This document shows positions 48,918 through 58,904 of a stretch of 64,000 nucleotides of DNA, one piece after another (position 1 is the first letter of the stretch; every line of letters begins with the position of its first letter). The stretch is from a virus. Position numbers and translations under genes: made by a program. Where the stretch lies: IMG/VR virus record IMGVR_UViG_3300033047_000016; one strand, given 5' to 3'. Below the pieces are notes generated by a model. The model searched no databases and was not told where the DNA came from. It was given only the letters and a program-made list of their open reading frames with translations.

Positions 48918-49742
48918 TTAAGTGCGCATGAAGCTTGGCAAGTTTGTTTTAAAATCGTTGCCCTCATCCATAGCACAATTATCAGCATCAGACAAGTTCA
49001 TGCGGTTGAAAGCCATGACCCACTGTCGCGCCTGTCTGGACCGTACTACGTCTTCCTCGCCGAATTCTATGAGGCCAACACTTTCCATCCATGGCATCTT
49101 TGCCATCTGGACGACCTGTGCAAGGCCGCTGTTATGGATACGGGCCTGCCGTATGTCACCACACAGCACCATGTTCAATCCTTCACCCTGACGCGTCAGT
49201 GTGATATACAGATCATCTAAGTCTAGGTTCTCTGCCTCGTCAACGATGCAGGCTGCGTCTCTGAACGTACGCCCTTGTATGAATTCGTATGGAACTTCTT
49301 CTATGCACTTGGACCGGCGCAGGCGTTCAAAGTCAGTGGGGGACATCGCGTCTTTCATGCCTTCAAAGATTGGCACGAGCCACGGGGCTGTCTTTTCTTC
49401 CAGCGTCCCCGGAAGGTAGCCATTACGGTGTTTTGATTTTGCTACATTCGGTCTGGCGACGTACAGCTTGCTTATATCGCCACGGGCAAGCATGCCACCA
49501 TATACGCACGCTGGAACGTACGTCTTACCAACACCTGCTGGACCTACCGCAAATGTTAGCTCATTGCCTGTCAAGCTTTTTACATACAGTGCTTGGTTGG
49601 CATTGCGAGGTTCGAGTGGCTTAGGATTGCGCTTTGATTGTCGGCGCGTCTTCTCTGCCTTACGTTGCTGCCGCCGTGTGGCTTTTTCACTTACTCCGTC
49701 TTCGGGATTGATCTGGCCTGCTGACATATCGTCTTCAACCAT
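48918..49742 (-). CDS. phoH: PhoH-like ATPase
   Basis: GPAGVGKT, GYLPG, QGRTF, DEAEN, TRQG, GDIRQ, DVVRS; GGAG RBS before ATG 49742. Confidence 0.93.
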   Translation of the reverse strand: MVEDDMSAGQINPEDGVSEKATRRQQRKAEKTRRQSKRNPKPLEPRNANQALYVKSLTGNELTFAVGPAGVGKTYVPACVYGGMLARGDISKLYVARPNVAKSKHRNGYLPGTLEEKTAPWLVPIFEGMKDAMSPTDFERLRRSKCIEEVPYEFIQGRTFRDAACIVDEAENLDLDDLYITLTRQGEGLNMVLCGDIRQARIHNSGLAQVVQMAKMPWMESVGLIEFGEEDVVRSRQARQWVMAFNRMNLSDADNCAMDEGNDFKTNLPSFMRT

Positions 49743-49834
49743 AAGTAGTCTCCAAAAAAGCTCACCACAAGACACACCAGTACGGATCACAGCCGCGTGT
49801 GCTGTGTTATGTGAGCATGTTAATAATCAAAAGA

Positions 49835-50254
49835 TCAGGGAATTAGTACAGGAAGTACCGCGATAAACGATGCCCCAAATACATTTAGCAGCGCAATAAT
49901 TCCAGCAACGCCAGCGCCTAATAAAGCTAGATTGCGTAGAATTTTTATAGGCCCACTCCACGCGGACTCTCTCCGCACCATTTCGGTATTACGGTCTGAC
50001 ATCACGGTATCTACGTCAGCACGGACCCCGTGCAAATCTTCTCGAATTTTTTCAACGTCACCGCGTACAGCAACGACGTCACCTTTGCTGCTTTCTACTT
50101 TTGCAGAAAGTCCTGTGACATCTTCGCGCAGCCCATCTAACGAGCCGTGTATGCGCCCGTCTCGAAACTCCATACCTTTACGAAGATCGCGCATTTCACT
50201 TAATATGAACGCGATCCCCAATCCCCCATTAGAGGACTGATCTAATTCTGACAT
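49835..50254 (-). CDS. Coiled-coil protein with C-terminal TM helix
   Basis: Heptad repeats, hydrophobic tail. Confidence 0.7.
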   Translation of the reverse strand: MSELDQSSNGGLGIAFILSEMRDLRKGMEFRDGRIHGSLDGLREDVTGLSAKVESSKGDVVAVRGDVEKIREDLHGVRADVDTVMSDRNTEMVRRESAWSGPIKILRNLALLGAGVAGIIALLNVFGASFIAVLPVLIP

Positions 50255-50274
50255 TATCGTATTCTCCGGCGCGC

Positions 50275-50508
50275 TTACGCTATATCTGAGTTTTTATCAG
50301 CCTCACCGGTAAAGACAGTCTGGAGCACGTGCGCTTGGTCTTTAGGTTTCCGGCGATACTTTCGTTTGGTTTTCTTTGAAGCATCCTCAACAGGAATTAT
50401 GGTAGGAGCCGTTTGGGTCCAACCTTCTTGTAGAATTAACTTGTCCGCAAGATCGCGGCGAGGGATATCGAACGGTTCGCCAGCGGGCGAGTATACACGC
50501 GTTGACAT
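50275..50508 (-). CDS. Hypothetical protein
   Basis: GGAG RBS; starts MSTRVYSP. Confidence 0.65.
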   Translation of the reverse strand: MSTRVYSPAGEPFDIPRRDLADKLILQEGWTQTAPTIIPVEDASKKTKRKYRRKPKDQAHVLQTVFTGEADKNSDIA

Positions 50509-50594
50509 ATGATTACTCCGTCTATATTTCAACTTGCGTTAAACATACCACAGTGTATTAGGAATGTCACGCATTTTGCCGTGCACGGTTTTGG

Positions 50595-51752
50595 TTAGCT
50601 TGCGGCCCAGACGTGCGGGATTACTTTGTTGGCAATATCTGCCTTGTCTTGTTCTGTGATACTTCCTGCCGAAACAAGACTCTGCACCAATCCATCAATC
50701 ACTACAGTACATCCGGGGCCTGAATTATCCACCAGTTGACATATACCACGCACAACGATAGTGCCAGAGGTACACGTAGAATCCAACACAACACGACCAC
50801 TCAGCATGTCAATACTGGCGTTGTTACCTGCGGAGAAGTTTTGTAGTTCTAACCCACCAGTATAATTTCGTACACTGACTGAGCAATTAGCTCCATTGAC
50901 GTCAATAACAGGCGTCCCGGTTCCCGCTACATCGGACACACATTGTATAAAACGTACTGGCACCACTGCGGTAGAATTAATGGTTATTGGTCCAGCGATT
51001 GCACACTCATACATGAACCCCTTAAAGTCACTCAAAGCATTAATTTGGCATTTATTGAATTCGCCTTGACCTGTTAGAGTGCCTGATACTGACAGGCTAC
51101 TGAATGACGTCTTATCGGTAGATGATCCAACCGTTAGAATCATGCTAGAGTCTAGGGGAGAATCCCCCACAAACACCGCGTTATCGGCTACGTCTGTTGC
51201 TGAAAACACCACGGCACCAAACACGGAAAAGCGGCGTAGTTTCTGTTTCGTTGCAATTATAAATGCGTCAGGATAGTTGTTAACTGGATCAGTTGGGGTG
51301 CCACGAGGAAACGACGTTCCAGACAGCCCATTATCAATGTCTATGTAAACGGACGCGTTGATGAATGATTGGCTATTTATCTGCTCAGAAAATGTCAAAC
51401 CGGCAGAGTTCGCAGAACGTATAGACACTTGGTTAACGTTTGTAACGTCGCCAATATTCGAGTTTGCTCCAACCAAGTTAACAGCATACTGGCCGTCTTC
51501 AAACGTGACCGTATATCCGTTGATAATTTCTACTACACGAGCCAACGTAACCCCACCAACAGTTACCGGTGGGTTGTGGTTGTGTGTGTTGCTGTATACA
51601 ATGCCCTCTGCCTCATCCTCTAAGTCTTTCAAGATGAGGCGAAAACCGTCGATATCGAGTTGGCGAATCTCTGTTGGGGCCGCTTGCACCAGTAAGGTGT
51701 CGGCTTTAGGTATATTGATAACTTTGGTGGGCCAGTTGACAGTTATCGCCAT
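50595..51752 (-). CDS. Putative virion protein with beta-helix-like region
   Basis: 385 aa, beta-rich. Confidence 0.6.
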   Translation of the reverse strand: MAITVNWPTKVINIPKADTLLVQAAPTEIRQLDIDGFRLILKDLEDEAEGIVYSNTHNHNPPVTVGGVTLARVVEIINGYTVTFEDGQYAVNLVGANSNIGDVTNVNQVSIRSANSAGLTFSEQINSQSFINASVYIDIDNGLSGTSFPRGTPTDPVNNYPDAFIIATKQKLRRFSVFGAVVFSATDVADNAVFVGDSPLDSSMILTVGSSTDKTSFSSLSVSGTLTGQGEFNKCQINALSDFKGFMYECAIAGPITINSTAVVPVRFIQCVSDVAGTGTPVIDVNGANCSVSVRNYTGGLELQNFSAGNNASIDMLSGRVVLDSTCTSGTIVVRGICQLVDNSGPGCTVVIDGLVQSLVSAGSITEQDKADIANKVIPHVWAAS

Positions 51753-51755
51753 GAC

Positions 51756-51974
51756 TTATGCTGTTGACCCCCCAGTATGGACCATTGCAGTTAGAAGATT
51801 AACACGCCCAGTAAGCGCTTGAATTTGTGCGTTTGCCATTGCTAAGGCGCGTTCATTTGCCACAAGTTTCTTGTGCATATTGTGGTATTGTTTATCAATA
51901 CGCTTTTGTGCTTCGTTCAACGCAACAATGTTGTTGCGGTTGATTATATCTTGTTCACTTAGTACAGCCATCAT
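51756..51974 (-). CDS. Small coiled-coil protein
   Basis: Tight overlap and spacing. Confidence 0.6.
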   Translation of the reverse strand: MMAVLSEQDIINRNNIVALNEAQKRIDKQYHNMHKKLVANERALAMANAQIQALTGRVNLLTAMVHTGGSTA

Positions 51975-53560
51975 TCATCCAATATCTGATTTACCGTGAC
52001 AGAGAATCCTTGGTCTGTCAACGTTCCCGTGGTCTCGTATGTGACATAGTACGGGGGTGGGGTCGTAGAGTTGCGTACACGTACCTGAAGGGCCTTATCC
52101 GCTGTGTAGTTTACCGTCTGAGAAAATGTGGTGGTGGCCTCAATCTGGTTAAACAACACAATGGAATCCGTGGTGTTCTCAATGAATACGCGACTTCCGG
52201 CGATTAGTCCAGTCAAAGTTATTGTAACGGAGTTATTTACAGTGACGGTTCCTGCGGAAGAATTTCGAATGATCGCTTCTGCAATGTTGCCACCATTGAT
52301 AACGTTGAGCACCAAGTTGCCCGTCCCACCTGCCGGATTAAAATGGATCGCGGCGTCAGTGCCTGTTCCAGAATATCCGGTAAATGTGTTGTTGTCAAAC
52401 GTGTATGTTCCGGCGGTGTCTATTTCAATAGCGTGACCGGTACCGGCAGACACAAAGGTGCTGTCGGTTATAAGATTTGGCGTATCAGACAACAGTGCCG
52501 GAGTTACTGCGCTGGCTTCTACCAATATGTCGGTAATGTCTGCGCCATTCTGAGTCACCAATTCAGTGCCACGAAAAGTGGTGCCAATAATGGTGGTGCT
52601 TGCTTGGAACGTGCTGGGGCCAATGCCTGTGAATGTCCCTGTTGTCAGATTGAATGTAGGGTCATTGGCGTCAACAATTACGCGACCTTTGTTGGTCGTC
52701 CCAAGTGCCGTCAAAGATACGTTAGTCCAGTTGCATACGGTACTTGCGTGATCAATAATAATCTGGCTGAAGTCGCTGGCTGCATGTATGGTATCAGCAA
52801 AAGAGATAGATACGTCTGAGACTTCAAATCTGGCGAGTGTCGCTGTGCCTGCGTTGTTTCTCCCAATGGCAAACGTGCCTTGAAGTTCAAAACCAGCACC
52901 ACTGGCTGTAAGGATTCCCCAGCGATTTGTTACGTTGTCGCTGTCTATAGAAAAGTCTGCAAAGTTGCATGGATCATCACTAGCGTCACCAGCCGAGATA
53001 AGTTCTCCGGCGGTGAGGAAACCACCAAGACCATAGCGCATAGCGTCGATGCCGACGTTTGCACCCTTGACCGATGCCGTGGTATTCAATCCACCACCAA
53101 AAACTTGCGGGTTGGCTGCTGGGGTTCCGGTTAGCGTTCTGTAAGGCTCTGCGGCGTTTGCCGTACGCAGCGCATAATCTATCGGGTAGCAACGTGCAAC
53201 ACGGCCACCGGCACCGTAGGTGTCATTACCTTCCACGTGGTACTGGCAATAAGCGCCAGTCGCTGACCCAATCAAGACAGAAGCACCCTTCAGAGCGCGT
53301 GTATCGGTCAGTCCGGGCGTAGCTGCAAAATGCCATATCCACACGTGATCGCCAGCACCGAGTGTTATCCCCGCACCGTTATCGAACATTAAGCCTTTAT
53401 CAGCATTTGTTATCTGTTTGTCTACGCAATTTGTTCCTTGCATGGACAAGTCTGGTGATGCCGACAATCCGGCACCACCGCCACCATAGGCAACAAAGCC
53501 CGTGGTAGCCTCAGAAAGAGTGATGTCTGTTAAGTCTTCAGTGTAGCTTGGTACCGCCAT
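51971..53560 (-). CDS. Putative virion structural protein
   Basis: 529 aa, Thr/Gly/Ala-rich; ends TITLTGL..GS.V. Confidence 0.65.
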   Translation of the reverse strand: MAVPSYTEDLTDITLSEATTGFVAYGGGGAGLSASPDLSMQGTNCVDKQITNADKGLMFDNGAGITLGAGDHVWIWHFAATPGLTDTRALKGASVLIGSATGAYCQYHVEGNDTYGAGGRVARCYPIDYALRTANAAEPYRTLTGTPAANPQVFGGGLNTTASVKGANVGIDAMRYGLGGFLTAGELISAGDASDDPCNFADFSIDSDNVTNRWGILTASGAGFELQGTFAIGRNNAGTATLARFEVSDVSISFADTIHAASDFSQIIIDHASTVCNWTNVSLTALGTTNKGRVIVDANDPTFNLTTGTFTGIGPSTFQASTTIIGTTFRGTELVTQNGADITDILVEASAVTPALLSDTPNLITDSTFVSAGTGHAIEIDTAGTYTFDNNTFTGYSGTGTDAAIHFNPAGGTGNLVLNVINGGNIAEAIIRNSSAGTVTVNNSVTITLTGLIAGSRVFIENTTDSIVLFNQIEATTTFSQTVNYTADKALQVRVRNSTTPPPYYVTYETTGTLTDQGFSVTVNQILDE

Positions 53561-53581
53561 AACAATTACCTTCCATAGCTA

Positions 53582-55345
53582 TTAAGCGTCGGAAGTACGA
53601 ATTGCTGTTGACGACCCGCCTGATCCACCTAGAACACCCGTGGTTTCGAATGTCTTGATCGGTGAGGCCCCACCATCCCGGACGCGAATGAACAAGCCCA
53701 AATCCGCCAGATACACTGAGGTAAATGATTCAGAAGTGGCCCCTGCCAACTTGTCGATATATGTGACATATACATTGACGCCTGCGGTGGCAGAGTCAAG
53801 CTCATCTGCACCGGAGAAGTCTGCCGATGTAATGGTGAAGGTTGACCCTGTGTATGACGTATATGTCAACAGCCTGTCAAAACCAGAGTCATTAACAACA
53901 CGTAGCGTTCCCGCCGCTGGTGTGTCGGTAGGAATTGCTGCCGTAGTGACGACTGCGGTTTCCGTACCAGTAATAAGTGTGGTGTTTAGCGACAGTTGTG
54001 CTTTGTCAATGGCTGAAGCATTGTCTTTTGTAACAAGAATTCTGTCTTCACCAACGACCAGACCTGAAACCGTGAACGTTACATTGTTCGGCGGGGTCCG
54101 CTGTGTATTGTCTAAGTCGAACAATGTGTCGGATGCTGTGAGGTCAGTATCAAGAATACCAAGACCATACGAACCAATGATCGCAGAACCGGTCGAGGCT
54201 CCAACAAACGGCGTTGACAAAGAACGAGAAGTGACTGTAATATTCACCAGCGCCGTAGCAGTGCTTACCCCAGTAATCAATTCGTTGTTTACCGGTGGAA
54301 TACCTGACAACAATTGAATCCACATCTTAGTACCGGCAGTGACACTGTCAATTGCCAGCAATTGTCCAGTACCATTTGGCCACGATACTGCCTCTGGCTC
54401 AACAAACGTGCCAGTAGGTGTGTCAATTTCGACCTCGTGCGTGATACCCCGGAACAGGTCACCAGTCAAGCCGTACAGCGTTTCAGCGGTACCACGACGA
54501 GAGGCCCACTTGAGGCGCTCGTAGAAGTCGTTGATGGTCTGTGTGCCGACGGTCCAGTTCGAGTAGTAGAATTCGTTTACAGTGTCGCCCGTAACGTCAA
54601 TCGCGCTGTAGCCTTCATTACTGTTTACAACAGACGTCCACGTCGCCACGGTTACAGCGGCGGTTTGGTTGTTAAGGTCAGTCGCGCTGTAGCCTTCATT
54701 ACTGTTTACAACAGACGTCCACGTCGCCACGGTTACAGCGGCGGTTTGGTTGTTAAGGTCAGTCGCTTCAGACAGGGCCAAAACGTTGTTGCCTCGGGAA
54801 GTACCGTTGATTGAGAATTCGCCGAATGTGAACAAGAATTCACGGTTGAGTCCAAGCAGACGTCGCCCATCAATATCCGTACCAGCGGTACGCGTCTTGA
54901 CCATGAATCTGTGTGAAATTCCTGCCGCAGCGTCGGCATTGAATCCGGCAGGGGTTAGGTCATTCCAAAAGTCATTTGCCAATACGGCACCGTCTTGGTG
55001 GATGATGATGAATACTGGATTACCAAAGTTTACGATACCATCCCAAATGTCGTCGCCACCCGTTTGGATGATCGAGCCATCATAAAGATGCTCAGCCGAC
55101 GTCTGGTCAATGTTATAACCATTCAGGAGCGTGATGATGTTATCAGTCGAACGGTCTGACGGCGTCAGAGACGAAATGTCAAGCAGATCATCGCCAGCCG
55201 CCAAGGCGTCGTCAGCAAAGTCTTGCAGCGCTCTGTGAAATTCGATAACTGTCGCATAGGTCGGTGAACCGCCTGTGTGTGCGTTACCGATGTAACGAAT
55301 GTCCCCATTCGTGCCAATGGTCCAGTCTAGTGCGTCAAAAGCCAT
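53582..55345 (-). CDS. Putative virion structural protein
   Basis: 587 aa, Thr/Gly-rich. Confidence 0.65.
   Translation of the reverse strand: MAFDALDWTIGTNGDIRYIGNAHTGGSPTYATVIEFHRALQDFADDALAAGDDLLDISSLTPSDRSTDNIITLLNGYNIDQTSAEHLYDGSIIQTGGDDIWDGIVNFGNPVFIIIHQDGAVLANDFWNDLTPAGFNADAAAGISHRFMVKTRTAGTDIDGRRLLGLNREFLFTFGEFSINGTSRGNNVLALSEATDLNNQTAAVTVATWTSVVNSNEGYSATDLNNQTAAVTVATWTSVVNSNEGYSAIDVTGDTVNEFYYSNWTVGTQTINDFYERLKWASRRGTAETLYGLTGDLFRGITHEVEIDTPTGTFVEPEAVSWPNGTGQLLAIDSVTAGTKMWIQLLSGIPPVNNELITGVSTATALVNITVTSRSLSTPFVGASTGSAIIGSYGLGILDTDLTASDTLFDLDNTQRTPPNNVTFTVSGLVVGEDRILVTKDNASAIDKAQLSLNTTLITGTETAVVTTAAIPTDTPAAGTLRVVNDSGFDRLLTYTSYTGSTFTITSADFSGADELDSATAGVNVYVTYIDKLAGATSESFTSVYLADLGLFIRVRDGGASPIKTFETTGVLGGSGGSSTAIRTSDA
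54601..54766. repeat. Exact 81-bp tandem duplication (27 aa)
   Basis: Units 54601-54681 and 54682-54762, TCGC microhomology at junctions. Confidence 0.92.
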
Positions 55346-55351
55346 AGTGTG

Positions 55352-55858
55352 TCAAACCTTCTCTGTTGTCACCCGTGTGAGGGTATCGTTTGTGTAAGAC
55401 AGTATTTTTCTGTGCCCAGTGTAGTCTTCGTCTACTTGGATAAGCACGTCATTGCCGTCATATGTTAATATTGTCACGTCCCCGGATTCGCGGGTGACAC
55501 TCGTCAGGTTTCCGCCGGTATATGCTAGAATCCGGTCGTCAAGCCTTTGGTATTTTATCGGAGATATTTCGTACTCGAACGCAACCACTATCGGCCCGTC
55601 AATAGCACCACCAACTATAGAAGTTCCCCACATCGAGTCGGTCGGTGTAGTGAATACGCCGTCAACACCAAACAAGGTACTTACAGGCTGGTTATCGCTA
55701 AGAACCGAAAGGTTCAGTGCGTCAGATACCCTAGCGTCAATAATAACATCAGGGGCCGCTTCGTTGTCAAAAGAAAGCGCCTCTTCAGCAACCAAATAAA
55801 AAGTCGCTTCAGACTCTGCAACAACCCCCATACGGTTTTGGGGGTCGAAACCACTCAC
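55352..55858 (-). CDS. Hypothetical virion protein with YD-like repeats
   Basis: LAYTGGNLTSV / LTYDGNDVLIQV / LSYTNDTLTRV. Confidence 0.6.
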   Translation of the reverse strand: MSGFDPQNRMGVVAESEATFYLVAEEALSFDNEAAPDVIIDARVSDALNLSVLSDNQPVSTLFGVDGVFTTPTDSMWGTSIVGGAIDGPIVVAFEYEISPIKYQRLDDRILAYTGGNLTSVTRESGDVTILTYDGNDVLIQVDEDYTGHRKILSYTNDTLTRVTTEKV

Positions 55859-56262
55859 TTAACTTTAAACTCTAAAGTTCCGATACCGAAACTAAGAGTG
55901 TCTCCGATGGGTGCCGTTCTAGGAGAAGCAAGGTCCCCTTTGAATATCATGTTGCCCAAATTATCGAACACTGCCGCCGCAACTACCGTTGGCCATATTG
56001 TAGTCGATACTGGGCCAAAAATCAAGGCTATGTCGTTCGCAATTCTTGTGCCTGCATTTTCTGTATGCACGGGTGCGCCGAATGTTATTGCCTGTCTGGA
56101 ATAGCCATGCAACACGTTTGGTTCCGCTAGGCTACTGCCATCGTCGTTTATGCTTGCTGTGCTCAGTGCAACTTCTAACGTTACCGGAGCCGTAGGCATA
56201 TCCGTTCCGCGTATCCATGCGGCGATTTGCCCCTGCACATATGTACTAAATCCTGCTGCCAT
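55855..56262 (-). CDS. Fibre/spike base-like virion protein
   Basis: GYSRQAITF...N...F......W.TV...AVFD...GN. Confidence 0.6.
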   Translation of the reverse strand: MAAGFSTYVQGQIAAWIRGTDMPTAPVTLEVALSTASINDDGSSLAEPNVLHGYSRQAITFGAPVHTENAGTRIANDIALIFGPVSTTIWPTVVAAAVFDNLGNMIFKGDLASPRTAPIGDTLSFGIGTLEFKVK

Positions 56263-56273
56263 GTCTAGTTACC

Positions 56274-56555
56274 TCACTGCTTGGTGAACCAGATGGTGCC
56301 ATCAATTTCTGCTGAGTCTCTGATGTACGATAGAGATTCCCCAGAATTAATCTTCACCAATTCCGGGTGTAGGGAATTAACGGGCATTTCCGTTGCGTCC
56401 GCCGTGGGAGTACCACGGGCGACCACAATGTGCATGAGTCTGTTTGAAAATACACGATACAATGCCGGAGCACTGACGGTCGGGGCAAAGTTGCCCGACA
56501 CGTTAGTTAGCGCGGCGCTGGTAGTGTCTGTCGCAGAAAGTTGATGATCTGACAT
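56274..56555 (-). CDS. Hypothetical virion protein
   Basis: GAGG RBS. Confidence 0.65.
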   Translation of the reverse strand: MSDHQLSATDTTSAALTNVSGNFAPTVSAPALYRVFSNRLMHIVVARGTPTADATEMPVNSLHPELVKINSGESLSYIRDSAEIDGTIWFTKQ

Positions 56556-56581
56556 CTGTATCCCTCAAATTTGCCTATGGA

Positions 56582-57187
56582 TTAGGCTTCGGAAACTACC
56601 TGCGCATCATTTTCGGCTTCGACAATCTTGACGATAGCCGTTTCTTTTGACGCGCGGTGGTGTACCTTCAGCCCGTACCGCTGCTGTGCCATGTCTCGCA
56701 GATTCTCTTCCGAGAACCCTTCAAGATACTTGACAACATCATCACTGCCTGCTACTCGCATAGCTTGTTCTGCCAAAGGCTCTTTGTTGACGTCAATATC
56801 GGCATCAACGGTTGTTGGTTCGGCTTCGGCAGTGACTGCGGCTTCGGTTGCCTCAATAACGGCGTCCAATGCTGCGGCCTCTTTCGACCCTTCTGGGTTG
56901 TTCCAGAAATACTTTTCAGAATTAACCATATCGCGGGCGTTGGCTTGCGACATTTCATATTCTTTGCCGTCTGCGTCATAAATGACTACGGTTTTTGCGG
57001 TTGGGTCAGCGGGTCCGTCGGCTTCTGGTCGATCTGCCTTTACGTCAACTGACTTCCAGTAATGTTTTCCGCCGCGCACTAAGTCAATAGCGTTAAGGCG
57101 TGTTACAACCAACTCTTTCCCGTCGTCGTCAAAAACGACAACAGTGTCGATTGCGGAATTTCTGCTGTGTGATGGTGCGTTAGCCAT
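56582..57187 (-). CDS. Hypothetical protein with internal duplication
   Basis: TVVVFDDDGKE...NAIDLV...YW occurs twice. Confidence 0.7.
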   Translation of the reverse strand: MANAPSHSRNSAIDTVVVFDDDGKELVVTRLNAIDLVRGGKHYWKSVDVKADRPEADGPADPTAKTVVIYDADGKEYEMSQANARDMVNSEKYFWNNPEGSKEAAALDAVIEATEAAVTAEAEPTTVDADIDVNKEPLAEQAMRVAGSDDVVKYLEGFSEENLRDMAQQRYGLKVHHRASKETAIVKIVEAENDAQVVSEA

Positions 57188-57216
57188 AAGGTCGGGTCTC
57201 CGGCTTGTGTGTGTTA

Positions 57217-57246
57217 ATATAAAAAGGGGCGGCGTTAGCCGCCCCT
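57217..57246 (-). terminator. Intrinsic terminator after capsid operon
   Basis: GGGGCGGC-TAAC-GCCGCCCC-TTTTTATAT. Confidence 0.88.
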
Positions 57247-57272
57247 CAAACTGTGTGTTGATCCACTACGGA

Positions 57273-57710
57273 TTAACCGTGGCGGTCGTATGCGATCCAA
57301 GAACTGAACGTTACGGACGGTGTGGTACCGCCGACGGTCAGAGTCAGGCCCATTGCTTCGCGATCAGCGGAAAGCTTTTCAGCCGTGTGCGCGTCGATCT
57401 TGATAACATATTGGCCAGTGCCGACTGCGGAAACCGCGCCTGCAACAACTGCGCCACCCAAACCGGTCGGGCCAATCTTGACCTCGAACAAGTAGGTTTC
57501 GTCGGCGTCTGCGGTGTCAAGTGCTTCGATAGCAATGACGATTGCATAGCCTTCTGCGCCAAGATGATTCTTCTGGTCGCCTTCGCGAGCATTGACCATC
57601 TTGTCCAGAGCGAATTCACCAATGTCTGCGGTTGCAGTTAGTGCTACCGATCCGGGTGCCCGGAATGCGGTGTCGGCTTCATAAATGTAGCTTACTTCAG
57701 AGCGTGCCAT
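57273..57710 (-). CDS. Capsid decoration/minor capsid protein
   Basis: Directly after MCP, strong RBS. Confidence 0.7.
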   Translation of the reverse strand: MARSEVSYIYEADTAFRAPGSVALTATADIGEFALDKMVNAREGDQKNHLGAEGYAIVIAIEALDTADADETYLFEVKIGPTGLGGAVVAGAVSAVGTGQYVIKIDAHTAEKLSADREAMGLTLTVGGTTPSVTFSSWIAYDRHG

Positions 57711-57792
57711 TTTTTGTATTCTCCTAAATTAGGTCTGTGACCTTCTGAGGGTTTGTGGTGGAGGTTAGCTCAACCGCTAACCCCCAGAGTTA

Positions 57793-58719
57793 TCACTTGA
57801 CGACTGCTGCGTTGGCGATGCCACGCAGACGTGATGCAGCGCGACCGTGCATGACAGCCATTCCGACCAGCCATTCGACACGAGTACGGAGGACAGGTGC
57901 ACTTTGCAGTTCACCAAGGTCACGTACTTCCATCATGCCGTTTTGCAGGCCAACAACACCTTCGTCGGACATGTTGACACAGTAGATGGACGTTGCAGTA
58001 GCGGTTGCGCCACCAGCACCAACTTCGTCAAAGGAGACGATCTGGTTACCCTGTGCATCGTAGTCAATGACTACAATTGGCAGGCCATCAAATTGTGTTA
58101 CACGACGACCGAATTCGTCCTGTGCGAAGGTGATATAACCACCGATGTTCGGATCAGTTGCGGCTGCGGAAAGCAGGTTACGCATCTTCTTCGACATAAT
58201 CAGGTGTGTGGGATCATCCACTTGGTCAATCAGGTCACGCAGATTGCTGATCTTCAGTGCGTCGCCGCCGTCTGTTGCACCGTTTTCCAGAAGCTGGTCG
58301 CCTTGGATACGGATACGCAGGCCGTCAAACTCACGAGGATCGGCGGTGGAGTCACCGTTGATCATCTTTGCGCCGATGGTCAGGGACAATGCCTTGACTT
58401 TCTTCAGTTCATGTGCACCACGGACATCCTCAGACGTCATTTTCAGCGTTGCCAGATCGACGTCAAGATCGCCACCTGAGATACGCAGACGCTCAGTCTC
58501 CGGGTTCATGATTCCAGCCGATGCGGTATATCCTTCACCGACACCACGGAATGCTACGCCCGGAAGGCTACCTTCCATGTTGTATACATACGCGCCACCA
58601 TCCACATTCAGGAATTGGGTGACTCGCAGCAGGTCGCTCGTGCGAGCGAAATGCTCAATAACAGTGTTCCGCAGAACTTCGCCTGAGTTGAGCTTAGAGG
58701 CTTCAAACAGAGTAATCAC
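57793..58719 (-). CDS. Major capsid protein
   Basis: LPGVAFRGVGEGY, GGDLDVD, INGD...EFDGL, RTRVEW; GTG start with AGGAG. Confidence 0.9.
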   Translation of the reverse strand: MITLFEASKLNSGEVLRNTVIEHFARTSDLLRVTQFLNVDGGAYVYNMEGSLPGVAFRGVGEGYTASAGIMNPETERLRISGGDLDVDLATLKMTSEDVRGAHELKKVKALSLTIGAKMINGDSTADPREFDGLRIRIQGDQLLENGATDGGDALKISNLRDLIDQVDDPTHLIMSKKMRNLLSAAATDPNIGGYITFAQDEFGRRVTQFDGLPIVVIDYDAQGNQIVSFDEVGAGGATATATSIYCVNMSDEGVVGLQNGMMEVRDLGELQSAPVLRTRVEWLVGMAVMHGRAASRLRGIANAAVVK

Positions 58720-58904
58720 TTTCGTGTCTCCTACTTTACGGTTTGCTTTACTTCAAATTTTGGTACGGGCAGTGAAGCTGGCTCACCGAGCCTTTATTAC
58801 CCTCCAACTCAGCCCAATTAAGTTGAAGGCATTTTAACTAAGAGGCTACTCCGTAATCTCTAGTTATTCGCGGGGCTGTAGGCGTTTCCGCCTACAACGT
58901 TAAT

